A stretch of 62,897 nucleotides of DNA, counting the filler, from a bacterium (GTDB lineage: Bacteria; UBA9089; CG2-30-40-21; SBAY01): the NCBI GenBank assembly GCA_040757115.1. It is 4 parts of 4 records of this genome, joined end to end, with 100 filler letters (N's around TTAATTAATTAA, not from the genome) between each part and the next. Parts side by side here need not be neighbours in the genome. Positions count along the whole stretch, not along the records: positions 1 to 15,873 come from JBFLYA010000081.1; 3 more parts are not named here. One strand, given 5' to 3'. A program made the position numbers and the translations under genes. The first letter of the stretch is position 1; the number at the start of each line of letters is the position of its first letter. Positions 1 through 10,136 of this stretch are shown in pieces. The notes under the pieces are model-generated. The model was not told the DNA's origin, made no database searches, and saw only the letters and a program-made list of their open reading frames with translations.

Positions 1-1362
1 TAGGGAAACACCGATATTACTTAAATTCATAATTGCTACTTGAAAACTCACATTTTTTTCTCCTTGAGTAACTACATCAGGAAAAACAGAATTGTTTATT
101 TCTTGTAGTAATGGAGGATTTTCTACTGTTCTAATGGTAGTCTGAGTACTTCTGATACCGATAACAGCAAATTTGATTGTCCAGGTACCAGGGTTTTCAT
201 CATAATAATAAAAGTCTATCGTACTGGTACCGTCAGGTATTGTAAGAGTGGTTACAGAACCTCCTTCTGGGGTTAATCGAAATTCATAAGGATGATCTGG
301 AGTAGAATATGGAGTAATGATTAGTGAATCCTGGGTTATAGGATTATTAAATTCATCCTGTCGCTCGAGTCTAAATACCTCTGAGACACTTCCCGCAACC
401 GCAAATTGAGGTGCCAAAAGAAGGACTAAATGCTTTTCAGACGGGGTTAAAATACAGCCGTGTAGAGATATGGTTGTTTGGGTGTCGGAAGTAGCTAAAT
501 ACAACTGGCTATTGTAAGTTCCAGGGGATTGTCCCACCGGATAATCTAACCATAGGTATAGGGTTTGTGTTGCCCCTTGTTCTGAAGTAGCGGGATAAGT
601 GTGTATAGTTTGATAAGTAGGCGTGACGGTATTCTGAAGACTACTCGTATTGGTTAAGGCATAACCTAACGGGCCAGGCAAGGATATAGTGCCACCATTT
701 TCACCAATAAAATCCTCTGCCTTAATTTGTAAGATATAGTTGCTGTTAGAAATAATATTGAGATTAATAGGAGAAGTAAGCGGATTATCATTTGTATCGG
801 CAAAAGAAGAGGTAAAAAAGGCATCCTGGCTATCAATGTTTATCTCGCTGTAATAGGCGTTACTAATATTTATTTCACCTGATACATCCTGGGATTGGTT
901 TGTATAACATACGACCACTTTAATCTTCCAATCAGAATTTTGTTGATACCTTGCTATTTTGCCTGGAGTAAAAACTAATTTCAAAGTTCCTGTCCCGGTA
1001 GTAGAAGTAGCAATTTTACAATTATCTTTATCAATAGTCCAGATAGAACTTAATGGACCAACTAATTTCCAGCCGTCATTTTTACTCCATTGATAAGTAG
1101 CGTGGTCAATTGGGGTATCTGTTCCTTTTTCTGAATTTGTTGTTCTATCCCAGATATAGAAATTAACTCCATAGATAACATCAGATTCATCAAAGAACTG
1201 GACCAAAAGTGTCATTTCATCATTTGGAGTCATTTGTGAAGTAGAAGTAGTAGTTTGGCCGTTATCATCTTCAAAAAGTGTTACTGTTCCTACTTGCGGG
1301 ATATAAGCCTCGCTGAGATTACAAGTCAGGATTAAAAATCCTATTAAAATAATATATCTCAT
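1..1362 (-). CDS. Large secreted/surface protein, partial (runs off the window start)
   Basis: Open frame from ATG at 1362 (MRYIILIGFLILTCNLSEAYIPQ, signal-peptide-like) to position 1; Thr/Ser-rich, beta-strand-like; near-identical to ORF 14657-15727 over ~340 codons. Confidence 0.8.
   Translation of the reverse strand, partial: MRYIILIGFLILTCNLSEAYIPQVGTVTLFEDDNGQTTTSTSQMTPNDEMTLLVQFFDESDVIYGVNFYIWDRTTNSEKGTDTPIDHATYQWSKNDGWKLVGPLSSIWTIDKDNCKIATSTTGTGTLKLVFTPGKIARYQQNSDWKIKVVVCYTNQSQDVSGEINISNAYYSEINIDSQDAFFTSSFADTNDNPLTSPINLNIISNSNYILQIKAEDFIGENGGTISLPGPLGYALTNTSSLQNTVTPTYQTIHTYPATSEQGATQTLYLWLDYPVGQSPGTYNSQLYLATSDTQTTISLHGCILTPSEKHLVLLLAPQFAVAGSVSEVFRLERQDEFNNPITQDSLIITPYSTPDHPYEFRLTPEGGSVTTLTIPDGTSTIDFYYYDENPGTWTIKFAVIGIRSTQTTIRTVENPPLLQEINNSVFPDVVTQGEKNVSFQVAIMNLSNIGVSL
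325..1353. repeat. ~1.03 kb direct repeat, copy 1
   Basis: Aligns to 14672-15700 at a constant offset of 14347 with scattered substitutions. Confidence 0.95.
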
Positions 1363-1627
1363 CAATATTATTTATACCATAATTATTTCTAATTGTCAAT
1401 CAAAGAAACAAAAATGGGTGCGTGTAAAATTTGTAGGTAAAGTGTAAAAAAGGGGTTAGGGGAATAGTGGAGATATAGAAATGGCGTTCCTTCTTTTATT
1501 TTCGGCATAACTAATAATTTTCTTTATCTCTTTTTTCTTTTCTTTTTGATAACTTATTTAGTCTCTCTCCTTTTTTAAAAAAAGATGGGGAAGTTCTGTA
1601 TGGGGCTCTTTAGATATTCATTTATGT

Positions 1628-3349
1628 TCACATATTTTTGCTTTTACTTTCCTTTTTGATGTTCTGCAGACGCTGGATGGTTTTTTGAAGGTCATCAATA
1701 GATATATCCAGTTTATCAGCTAATTTTTCCTGGTTTTTTTCATACCTGGTAAGTTTTTCTTCAATAAACTTGAGGATTCTATTTTGCTTACTAAGTGCCA
1801 CTCTTAGATGCTCAGCTGATACCCCCCAACTTTCTGCCAATGCCTCAATATTTCCATGATGACCAGCCAGAGAGATAAATATGTGCTCCTTCTCTTGCTC
1901 AAAGTACTTATGCACTGTAGCATGGGAAATCTGTAGTCTTTTGCTTACCTGCTCCAAATTACCTCCTTTTTCTATATAGGTTTGGAGAAATTTAGAGCAT
2001 GGAGATTGTATTTTGGAGATTATAGGTTGAGGTGCTTTTGTAAGACTTGATTTATCAATGGGAGTTAATAGTAGCTTTTCAGAAGCAATAAAGTTCTTTA
2101 TCTCATCTATGGTTATTATATTATTACTCCGAAAATATACTGCCCGTTCAAGGATATGTTCCAGCTGTCTAACATTACCAGGATAATCAAACCCTTTCAG
2201 ATATTCTATAGCCTTATCTTCAAGAGATAACTCTTCTTTTTCCTCAATGCCAAATTTATGGATAAAGTGCCTTGCCAGATTTGGGATATCCTCAAGTCTT
2301 TCTCGAAGAGACGGGATATGAATTGGTATAACATTAAGTCTATAATACAAATCCTCTCTAAAAAAGCCTTCTTTTACTGCTTTTGCCAAATCCTTATTCG
2401 TAGCGGCAATTATCCTAACATCAATTGGAATTGGGTTAGGTGAGCCAAGGCGTTGAATTACCTTTTCCTGAATAGCTCTGAGTAACTTAGTTTGAATTTC
2501 TCCTGAAATCTCACCAATCTCATCTATAAATAGAGTAGTTCCATCTGCCTTTTCAAAATAGCCCACTTCATCCTTTATAGCACCAGTATATGCTCCTTTA
2601 TTATGTCCAAATAATGCTGATTCAATTAGATTTGATGAAAGGGCAGGGATAGATACTTCAATCATAAGGTTATTTTTACGAGGACTATTATAGTGAATAG
2701 CCGCCGCAATCATACCTTTTCCTGTTCCAGTTTCGCCTGTGAGTAATATTACTGGTTCGTATTTCTTCTGGCTAATTTTCTCAATAGTTTCATAGATATT
2801 ACGCATTGAAGAACTATTTCCTACTAAATTACCAAGATGATATTCGATTCCTTCAGCCTTTCTTAATTCATCAAAATTATATCGTTTCCTTTGGCGTTCT
2901 ACAGAATATTGAGTTTGACTTGAAAGTCGTAATTGAATCTTTTTATCCTTTACTTTCTCCAATGCGTTCCTGATAGCAGTCTGTAATCTTGTTGGGTCAT
3001 CACTCATTCTATCTTTAAGGATATAGTCGAATGCCCCTTTTTTCATCGCCTTAGTAGCATCATCTGCCCCTACTCCTACACCTGTAAGGACAATTACTTG
3101 AATCATAGAATCAAATTCTTTAATTTTCTCCAATAATCTAAATCCAATCTCTTCTGTGGCAAACCCTCCTTTTTCATGGGGTAACCGCAAGTCTAAAATA
3201 ACCACTTCTGGTTGTAACTTAAGGTTTTCAATTACTTCCTTTCCACTTGCCGCCTCATATACGGTATAATCTGATTTTAACTTTTTTACCACAAAGTGGC
3301 GAAAGGTTTCTTCATCTTCTACTACCAAAATGACATTACTTTTTGCCAT
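1628..3349 (-). CDS. Sigma54-dependent NtrC-type activator (REC-AAA+-HTH)
   Basis: REC (VVEDE, ILDL, VLTG, ILK); Walker A GETGTGKG; ESALFGH..GAYTGA; FIDEIGE; FREDLYYRLNV; PGNVRQL; ATG at 3349 with SD GAAGGGG. Confidence 0.95.
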   Translation of the reverse strand: MAKSNVILVVEDEETFRHFVVKKLKSDYTVYEAASGKEVIENLKLQPEVVILDLRLPHEKGGFATEEIGFRLLEKIKEFDSMIQVIVLTGVGVGADDATKAMKKGAFDYILKDRMSDDPTRLQTAIRNALEKVKDKKIQLRLSSQTQYSVERQRKRYNFDELRKAEGIEYHLGNLVGNSSSMRNIYETIEKISQKKYEPVILLTGETGTGKGMIAAAIHYNSPRKNNLMIEVSIPALSSNLIESALFGHNKGAYTGAIKDEVGYFEKADGTTLFIDEIGEISGEIQTKLLRAIQEKVIQRLGSPNPIPIDVRIIAATNKDLAKAVKEGFFREDLYYRLNVIPIHIPSLRERLEDIPNLARHFIHKFGIEEKEELSLEDKAIEYLKGFDYPGNVRQLEHILERAVYFRSNNIITIDEIKNFIASEKLLLTPIDKSSLTKAPQPIISKIQSPCSKFLQTYIEKGGNLEQVSKRLQISHATVHKYFEQEKEHIFISLAGHHGNIEALAESWGVSAEHLRVALSKQNRILKFIEEKLTRYEKNQEKLADKLDISIDDLQKTIQRLQNIKKESKSKNM

Positions 3350-3366
3350 TTTTTTATCCCCTTCTT

Positions 3367-3747
3367 TCAAGATTTTTTAAGGCATTTCTCAATAATATCA
3401 AGTACCTTTTCAAAAACTCCAAGAGTATCTTTCAGCAGACATTCAAAAGCACCTTTCCTCTTAGCATCTTCATAATCAAACTCCTTTGAACTCAAAATAA
3501 TTACCTGAATTTTAGGATTAGTTTTCTTGATTTTTTCTAATACCTCAAATCCCATATCAGTTTCCACCACTCCTCCTTGCTCTTCAGGAAATTCCATATC
3601 TAATATGACTACATCAGGATTAGTTTTAAGTTCTTCAATTGCCTCTTTTGCAGTCATAGCACTGCGTACTTCATATAACGGACTTATCTTTTCTTTCAAA
3701 AGATGACGGTACTCTTTTCTATCTTCCACAATAAGAATTTTAGCCAT
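3367..3747 (-). CDS. Single-domain response regulator
   Basis: ILIVED, VVILDM, IILSS, LLK receiver motifs; no output domain. Confidence 0.9.
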   Translation of the reverse strand: MAKILIVEDRKEYRHLLKEKISPLYEVRSAMTAKEAIEELKTNPDVVILDMEFPEEQGGVVETDMGFEVLEKIKKTNPKIQVIILSSKEFDYEDAKRKGAFECLLKDTLGVFEKVLDIIEKCLKKS

Positions 3748-3770
3748 TCTTTTATTCCACTCCTTTCTAT

Positions 3771-4763
3771 TTAAGGTTTATATGAAAATGCTATGATTTT
3801 ATCCTCGGGTAATTCCGTAGCATCAGAAAATTTATCCTTCCTTTTAATTATATCTCGTGTAGATTTAGAAATCAGTATCCCGTTTGTATCTGCGTTTTTT
3901 TGTAAATGTCCAGTGATATGGAGTACTTCTCCAAATGCCTTTTTTTCTTCCGAACTTAATATTACCTTCCCCGTATGAATCCCTATTCTAAAATTAAACT
4001 CCTCTTTTAATCTGTTCCTTTCCTTATTAAACCTACCTCTTCCCTCCAAAATACTAATTCCTGCATCTATTGCCTCATTTGGGTCTTCAAAATAACACAT
4101 TCCTTCGTCTCCAACTGAATTTAAAATCTCTCCCTTATGTTTAAGAACTGTCTCCTTAACATACTCATGATACTCATTTAACGAATAGATAATATTGATG
4201 TCTTTTCTTTCGTGATTTTTTTCTTCTCTCAGCATCTTTGTTGATTTAACCAGGTCAATGTCAAGGAATGTATATGTCTTAGTAAATTCTTTTCTAATGA
4301 TGTTATCTAATTCAAGTATCCTTTTGATTATTTCTATTAATGATAATGATTTTTCTGGTAAAATTTTTTGCCTTTTTAATAATGCCTTTTTTATCTCATC
4401 GATTAACTCTTGAGAATTTACCTCATCTTTTAAGAAATAGCTTACTGCTCCTTTATTAAAAGCCCGCCGAATAAACTTTCCATCATCCACTGTTCCACTA
4501 ATCATTATTATTTGAATATTAGGTTCAAATTCTAATACTATCTCTAATAAATCACCGCCAATTATCTCTGCCATACCCCCGATTCGCCATGGTAGCCCTA
4601 CATCCAGGATAATCACATCTGGCTTCAGGAGCATAATTCTTTTAAGCAATTCTATGCCTGTTCCCGCTTCAAATACTTCATAATTTGGTTTGAGCCACTT
4701 AACTATTCTTTTACGATAGTGATTATCATCATCAACCACTAAAATGATATTCTTTTCACCCAT
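3771..4763 (-). CDS. Response regulator with class III adenylate/guanylate cyclase output
   Basis: N-terminal REC (VVDDD, ILDV, MISG, FLK); cyclase motifs TFLDIDLVKST, VGDEGMCYF, FRIGIHTG, GILISKST. Confidence 0.88.
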   Translation of the reverse strand: MGEKNIILVVDDDNHYRKRIVKWLKPNYEVFEAGTGIELLKRIMLLKPDVIILDVGLPWRIGGMAEIIGGDLLEIVLEFEPNIQIIMISGTVDDGKFIRRAFNKGAVSYFLKDEVNSQELIDEIKKALLKRQKILPEKSLSLIEIIKRILELDNIIRKEFTKTYTFLDIDLVKSTKMLREEKNHERKDINIIYSLNEYHEYVKETVLKHKGEILNSVGDEGMCYFEDPNEAIDAGISILEGRGRFNKERNRLKEEFNFRIGIHTGKVILSSEEKKAFGEVLHITGHLQKNADTNGILISKSTRDIIKRKDKFSDATELPEDKIIAFSYKP

Positions 4764-4786
4764 TTCTATCCTTATTCTTTTTCTTT

Positions 4787-5674
4787 CTAAATAAGATTTC
4801 TTTTCTTCATAAAAAATTCTCTATCTTGTTCTGATGTCCAACATTTCCCAATGTATTCTTTTAGTAATATTACCCGATTATCTGCTGATACAAATTCTTT
4901 TATTCTATAATCATCCATTAATACAATGCTAATTTTATTCTCCCTTATGAGAACATCTTTAATATCGCTGGTAAAACCACTTGGAGAAATGTAAAGTGCA
5001 ACATTACACGATTCAAATCTAATATTCTCACTAATCTTACGAATAAATGCCCTCATCATTTCTGAATCCACTTTTTCTGACAGATTCTTACATTCAACAG
5101 GAATATTATATCCTACTCTCTGCCAGAATCCAAACCCAATCTCATTATTAATAAGAATATCTATTTCTGCAGCCGGTGGTCTTACATTTTTCCTTGCCGA
5201 AAAGCCATCAATACCGTTGAAAATATACTCCATAAGACTTTCTAAAATAGCACCTTTTTTGTTATTGTTATCTATTTCATTTAAACTTAGGCAAAATTCT
5301 ATGAGTAACAAAATAAATTCTAACGGTGACTTTTCTTTTCTTAACTGGAAATAAGGACTAATTTTCCCGAGAGGTTCTTTATAAATCTCTGTTTCTGTCC
5401 CGGTATAAATAATTATTTCTACATTTGGTCTGGTTTGTTTAATCTTTTCAAAGTAGTGCTCATCTATAACTTTTTCTATTCCATTTTTAAATTCCTTAAG
5501 TTTAAGGTCGGTAATAAGCAATTTGATATTGTCGGATGTCAATTTATCTATTACTTCCTCCTCAGAAGTGACTAAGATAGGAGTATAATTTCTTTTGCTC
5601 AATTCATCTTCTAAAAACTTTAAAGATATTTCATCATTGCATGCTATCAGAATATTCGGTTTTTGATTGTTCAT
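4787..5674 (-). CDS. Receiver domain fused to Mrr-like PD-(D/E)xK restriction endonuclease
   Basis: REC-like N-terminus (ILIACND, LLITDL, IIYTG, LRK); C-terminal KGAILESL...EIDILI...VECKN...ISPSGFT. Confidence 0.8.
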   Translation of the reverse strand: MNNQKPNILIACNDEISLKFLEDELSKRNYTPILVTSEEEVIDKLTSDNIKLLITDLKLKEFKNGIEKVIDEHYFEKIKQTRPNVEIIIYTGTETEIYKEPLGKISPYFQLRKEKSPLEFILLLIEFCLSLNEIDNNNKKGAILESLMEYIFNGIDGFSARKNVRPPAAEIDILINNEIGFGFWQRVGYNIPVECKNLSEKVDSEMMRAFIRKISENIRFESCNVALYISPSGFTSDIKDVLIRENKISIVLMDDYRIKEFVSADNRVILLKEYIGKCWTSEQDREFFMKKRNLI

Positions 5675-7281
5675 GATAAATTATTTCCTGCCTTAATAGG
5701 TAATTCAATAGGTAATTCAACACTAATCTTAGAACCTTCTCCTATTTTAGTCCACTCCACAAATATATCCCCTTTGTGTTTCTTCATAATGGTTTTACAA
5801 GATGATAGTCCCAAACCCATCCCTGTTTCCTTTTTAGATGTGACAAATAAATCAAAAATTTTCTCCCTCTCATCCTCTCTAATTCCACAACCATTATCTT
5901 CAAAAGATATAAAAATCTTCCTCTTATCCTCAGCAATAGATACGGTTATTCTAAGTATTCCTTCTTGTATATTTTTTATCTTTATGGCATCAATAGCATT
6001 TGAAATTAAATTACTAAAGACCATACCTATTTTCCCCTTATCAATATTAATCTCAATATCTTCTTTTGTAGGAATATCAGGCAATTTCGGAGGCTTTATC
6101 TTATTTTCGCTCATTTTTCCCCAATATTGGGTTAAGGCTTCTTCAAGGAGTTCATTTATAGTATTTATCCTGCAAGGTAATAAATTAAGTTCCCTTCTTC
6201 CTTTAGTGTAATTTCTTAACTCATCAACTATCATTTTTAATCTTTCTTTAATTCTTGTAATCTCTTGTAAGTTCTTTGTTTTAATATACTCTTCAAGAGG
6301 CATTATCAGGGGACTAATTTCATGAACTATTCCTCCACTTAATTTACCTAATTCTGCCTCTGTTTCTAATCTTTTTACTTCTCTAACTGATTCAATATAT
6401 TGAACGAAAATGGCAAGATGAGTGGCAATCTTTTGGATAAAAGGGATATCTTCCCTTAAGACTTCATGCTCTTTGGTCGTATAGATATTTATAAATCCTA
6501 TAAGTTTATTTCCTACTTTCAGGGGGATTAAAAGAAGAGTTTGACTTTCCTTAATAAGTTTTAACTCTTTGGACAAGGGATATAAAGGGTCACCTATTTT
6601 AATATCTCTTATCATCTTTATTTTTCCATCCTGGAGCAGCTTTAAATCAGATGATTTTAATTCTATCGACTTTTCTATCACATCTTTCTCTTTTTTTTCA
6701 GATACTTTTAAGCAAGATTTGATTATTGCTTTACTATCTCTTATAAGGAGAAGAACTCCTCCATCACATTTAAATAAGTGTTCCAACTTATTTATTAGAT
6801 GTAATACTTCTTCCAATCCTAACTCTTCTGTAACAAACTTCTCTGTAATAAGAAATAGATTTTCTAATTCTATAATCTTACGGTCTAATTCTGCCTTCAT
6901 CGCATGGTATTGAAATGCCTTTTCTATAACAACCCGAAGAGCCTCATTACTAAAAGGTTTTGTAATGTAATTAAAAGCTCCATCCTTCATTGCCTTAACT
7001 GCTGTGGAGATATTATTTACAGCCGTTAACATTATCACTTCCATCTCTGGTGCAAATTTCTTTATCTCAGATAAAACCCTCATCCCTTCATCAGATGTAT
7101 CCATAATTATATCCAGAAGTATCACTTGTGGTCCTTTATCTTTAGCTAATCTTATACCTTCTTCTCCATTAGGAGCTAATAATACCATATATCCTTCTTC
7201 TTCTAATGTTCTTTTCAACATATAGCGATGATTTTCATCATCTTCAATAACTAATAACTTTTTCTCCTTCATCTTTTTCAC
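5671..7281 (-). CDS. Hybrid histidine kinase (REC-GAF-HisKA-HATPase)
   Basis: REC (VIEDD, LLDI, MLTA, ITKP); GAF-like LLLIPLKVGNKLIGFINI; H-box IVHEIS; NLISNAID; EDNGCGI; GMGLGL. Confidence 0.92.
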   Translation of the reverse strand: MKKMKEKKLLVIEDDENHRYMLKRTLEEEGYMVLLAPNGEEGIRLAKDKGPQVILLDIIMDTSDEGMRVLSEIKKFAPEMEVIMLTAVNNISTAVKAMKDGAFNYITKPFSNEALRVVIEKAFQYHAMKAELDRKIIELENLFLITEKFVTEELGLEEVLHLINKLEHLFKCDGGVLLLIRDSKAIIKSCLKVSEKKEKDVIEKSIELKSSDLKLLQDGKIKMIRDIKIGDPLYPLSKELKLIKESQTLLLIPLKVGNKLIGFINIYTTKEHEVLREDIPFIQKIATHLAIFVQYIESVREVKRLETEAELGKLSGGIVHEISPLIMPLEEYIKTKNLQEITRIKERLKMIVDELRNYTKGRRELNLLPCRINTINELLEEALTQYWGKMSENKIKPPKLPDIPTKEDIEINIDKGKIGMVFSNLISNAIDAIKIKNIQEGILRITVSIAEDKRKIFISFEDNGCGIREDEREKIFDLFVTSKKETGMGLGLSSCKTIMKKHKGDIFVEWTKIGEGSKISVELPIELPIKAGNNLS

Positions 7282-7287
7282 TCTCCT

Positions 7288-10134
7288 TTAAACTGGTAAT
7301 TTGATGGTAAATGTTGTCCCTTCACCTTCCTTACTATCTACTTTAATGTTTCCTTTATGCTCTTTAATAATCCCACGACATATCCATAACCCTAATCCCT
7401 TACCTTTATGGCTCCCTCTGGTAAAGAATGGGTTGAAGATTTGATTAATATCTTTCTCGGGAATTCCCCCACCCGTATCTGATATTTCCACCTTTACAAA
7501 ATCATCTGTTGGAGGAAAAGTTTTTACCTCTAAACTACCTCCCTTTGACATAGACTGAATAGCATTTTTGATGATATTTATAAACACCTGCCCCAATTGT
7601 AATTGGTCAGCATTGACAGGAGGTAAATCTGGAGCTAAAACTATACTCGGAGTAATTGAATATTGGTGTAACTCTTGTTTTAACTGTCCTAATGCATCAT
7701 TTATGATGGTATTAATATCAATTGGTCTAAGATGAGGTGCTGATATTTTTGCCTCTTGTAAGCCATCAATCACCATTTGTGCTTGGTCAGTAGCCAGTTG
7801 TATCCTTCTTAAATCTTCATTTTGTGGCTCTTTTTTAAGCAATAATCCACTTAGTCCTTTAATAGTGCTTAATGGATTGCTAATCTCATGTGCCGCCCTA
7901 TCAGCTAATTCACCAATTGAGATTAATCTTTCAGATTCTAATCGTTCCATCTCTCTCTTTAATCTTTCCTCATATATCTTATTATATTTCTGGTTTACCT
8001 TTTCAACCATCTCTTCCTCATTAACTACCATACCAATTTGCTCTCCAACAATTGATAAGAATTCCATATCATCATTGTCAAAAGAGTTGGGTATAACACT
8101 TTGGACTGCTAATACCCCAACGGTATTCCCCTCAAATTCTGAAGGCACTGCTAATTCCTCTCCATTTCCATTTATTTTAGAAATTTTGTGTGATTTTCTC
8201 TCCCTCCCAACTATTCCAATGACTCCATCTCCTAATTTATATTCACTTGCCTGTGACCAATTTATATCAGATTTTATCTTTAATCTTCCGTCTTTGAGTT
8301 CAAAAAAGGCACATTCAGCCACATTAATTCCTTCAAATACCTTTTTTACAATTTGGGACAAAATGGTTGAAAATTCCTTATCAGAAGATATTATTTTTGA
8401 GATTTCATTTAATATATGTAGTTGTTCACAGATAGTCTTATGTTTAATCATAAGGGTTATTTGCTCGGTTAAAAAAGAGATGAAATTTCTATCTGTTTCA
8501 CTTATTGGAGAGTTTGAGTTATAGACAGCTAATATACCAAGAGATTTATTTTCATTTACTAAAGGAATTGCCAATACTGAACCTTTCTCTCCAAACTGAA
8601 GTTTAAGAAAAGAATCTGTTTTTGCATCTTCTTCTATATCAGGATTAAAATAGTCCTGCCCTTCTAATATAACCTCAACAAGATGTGGTTTTCTTTCTAT
8701 TTTCTGTGTAAGATCAATCCAAAATTTATCTTTAGAGATTTGATTTTCAGAGTCAACTATCTGGTCACATTTAAGTTTTCCTTCCTTTCTATCTATCAAA
8801 TATAAATAACTCCTTTCAAAATTGAAGTATTTTACAATTGCCTCTAATATATTCTTCAATATTGTATCAAGAGGAAGTTTATTTAACATTGAGATAGTAA
8901 CGTTAGTGATTAGACCTACCTGCATTTGAGAAATTCTTGCCACATTCTTTAACTCATCTTGCTTCATATTGTCATAATAATCCTTAAAATCTATGGATGC
9001 CTTTCCATATTCTTTTTTTCTAATGTAAATTCGAGCAAAGTACTCTTTAGTGAAATGTCTCTTTAAAATATCCTTATAAAGAGGAGTTCTTATTTTAATC
9101 TTATTACCATCTCTGATAATTATTCCCGATAACTCAAGTTTTCTAAAACTTGCATCCCATTGACCAACAATATAGATATCTTCTTTGTCATAGAGCAAAG
9201 TTTCTAATATCTTCAATAATTCTAAGTCTTTCTCCAAATCCCGTTCAATTTTTAAAGTTAGGAAAGTAAAAGTTTCATCTTCATCCATTCCTATTTGCTC
9301 AACAGATTCTTTAAATTCTTCCATGGTTATATGTTCTATTCCTTGTTTTAGCTTTCGTTGGGCTGTATCAAATAAGATATAACATATTTTTTGAACTAAG
9401 TAAGGGTGCCCTTTTGTTATCTCATAAAGTCTATTAACACAATCTGGAGTTATCTTAATTCCAAATATCTCAAGTTGTTGAATAAACACTAATACTTCTT
9501 CCTTTCGAAAATCCCGTAGGATTATTGGTTTGGCTATATTAAAAGGAGAAGTTTTATCATCTTGTCCTATTGTTAGCTCAAATAAATCTACTGTTCCTGA
9601 AATTAAAATATTAATCTTTGAATAACTTGGATTTATAGTAGATTCATTATATATTGTCCTTAAAACCAATAGCAATTCTCTGGCTATTTCTTTAGGTAAA
9701 ATCTCTATCCCATCAAGTAAAAATAATATCTTAGAATCTATCTTTGATGCAATATTTTCAAGGAAATATCTAAAGAGACTTGCATTTCTTATGATTGTTC
9801 CTCCAGTCATCCCACCCAGTCCTTTTTTTCGGACATGAAAAATAATATACTGGGCTAAATGTTGGTAGAAGGTTTCTAAGTTATAATCTTTAATCTTTTC
9901 AAAATTAATATAAATGGAATAATAATGAAGGTGGTTGTCTTTATTAATTTCGCCCATCAGTTGGTAAATAAATGTTGTCTTACCTGTATGATTAGGGGCT
10001 AATAGACTAAAGTAATTTCCCCTTTTTAGACCAATTATTACATCATCTATTTCTGCCTTTCTAATAATGGACACTGCCTTATCTTTCTCCTGGTCAAGCG
10101 CTCTATCATAGACAAATGGATTTATCTTTTCCAT
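7288..10134 (-). CDS. STAND/AAA-like ATPase-GAF-GAF histidine kinase
   Basis: NPFVY...LLAPNHTGKTT, FLLDGIE, SPFNIAKPIILRDF, TKGHPYLVQ (AAA_35-like); two GAF-like segments; AAHEISNPL; NIIKNA; SDTGGGI; GKGLGL; no hydrophobic TM stretch seen. Confidence 0.88.
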   Translation of the reverse strand: MEKINPFVYDRALDQEKDKAVSIIRKAEIDDVIIGLKRGNYFSLLAPNHTGKTTFIYQLMGEINKDNHLHYYSIYINFEKIKDYNLETFYQHLAQYIIFHVRKKGLGGMTGGTIIRNASLFRYFLENIASKIDSKILFLLDGIEILPKEIARELLLVLRTIYNESTINPSYSKINILISGTVDLFELTIGQDDKTSPFNIAKPIILRDFRKEEVLVFIQQLEIFGIKITPDCVNRLYEITKGHPYLVQKICYILFDTAQRKLKQGIEHITMEEFKESVEQIGMDEDETFTFLTLKIERDLEKDLELLKILETLLYDKEDIYIVGQWDASFRKLELSGIIIRDGNKIKIRTPLYKDILKRHFTKEYFARIYIRKKEYGKASIDFKDYYDNMKQDELKNVARISQMQVGLITNVTISMLNKLPLDTILKNILEAIVKYFNFERSYLYLIDRKEGKLKCDQIVDSENQISKDKFWIDLTQKIERKPHLVEVILEGQDYFNPDIEEDAKTDSFLKLQFGEKGSVLAIPLVNENKSLGILAVYNSNSPISETDRNFISFLTEQITLMIKHKTICEQLHILNEISKIISSDKEFSTILSQIVKKVFEGINVAECAFFELKDGRLKIKSDINWSQASEYKLGDGVIGIVGRERKSHKISKINGNGEELAVPSEFEGNTVGVLAVQSVIPNSFDNDDMEFLSIVGEQIGMVVNEEEMVEKVNQKYNKIYEERLKREMERLESERLISIGELADRAAHEISNPLSTIKGLSGLLLKKEPQNEDLRRIQLATDQAQMVIDGLQEAKISAPHLRPIDINTIINDALGQLKQELHQYSITPSIVLAPDLPPVNADQLQLGQVFINIIKNAIQSMSKGGSLEVKTFPPTDDFVKVEISDTGGGIPEKDINQIFNPFFTRGSHKGKGLGLWICRGIIKEHKGNIKVDSKEGEGTTFTIKLPV

Positions 10135-10136
10135 GA

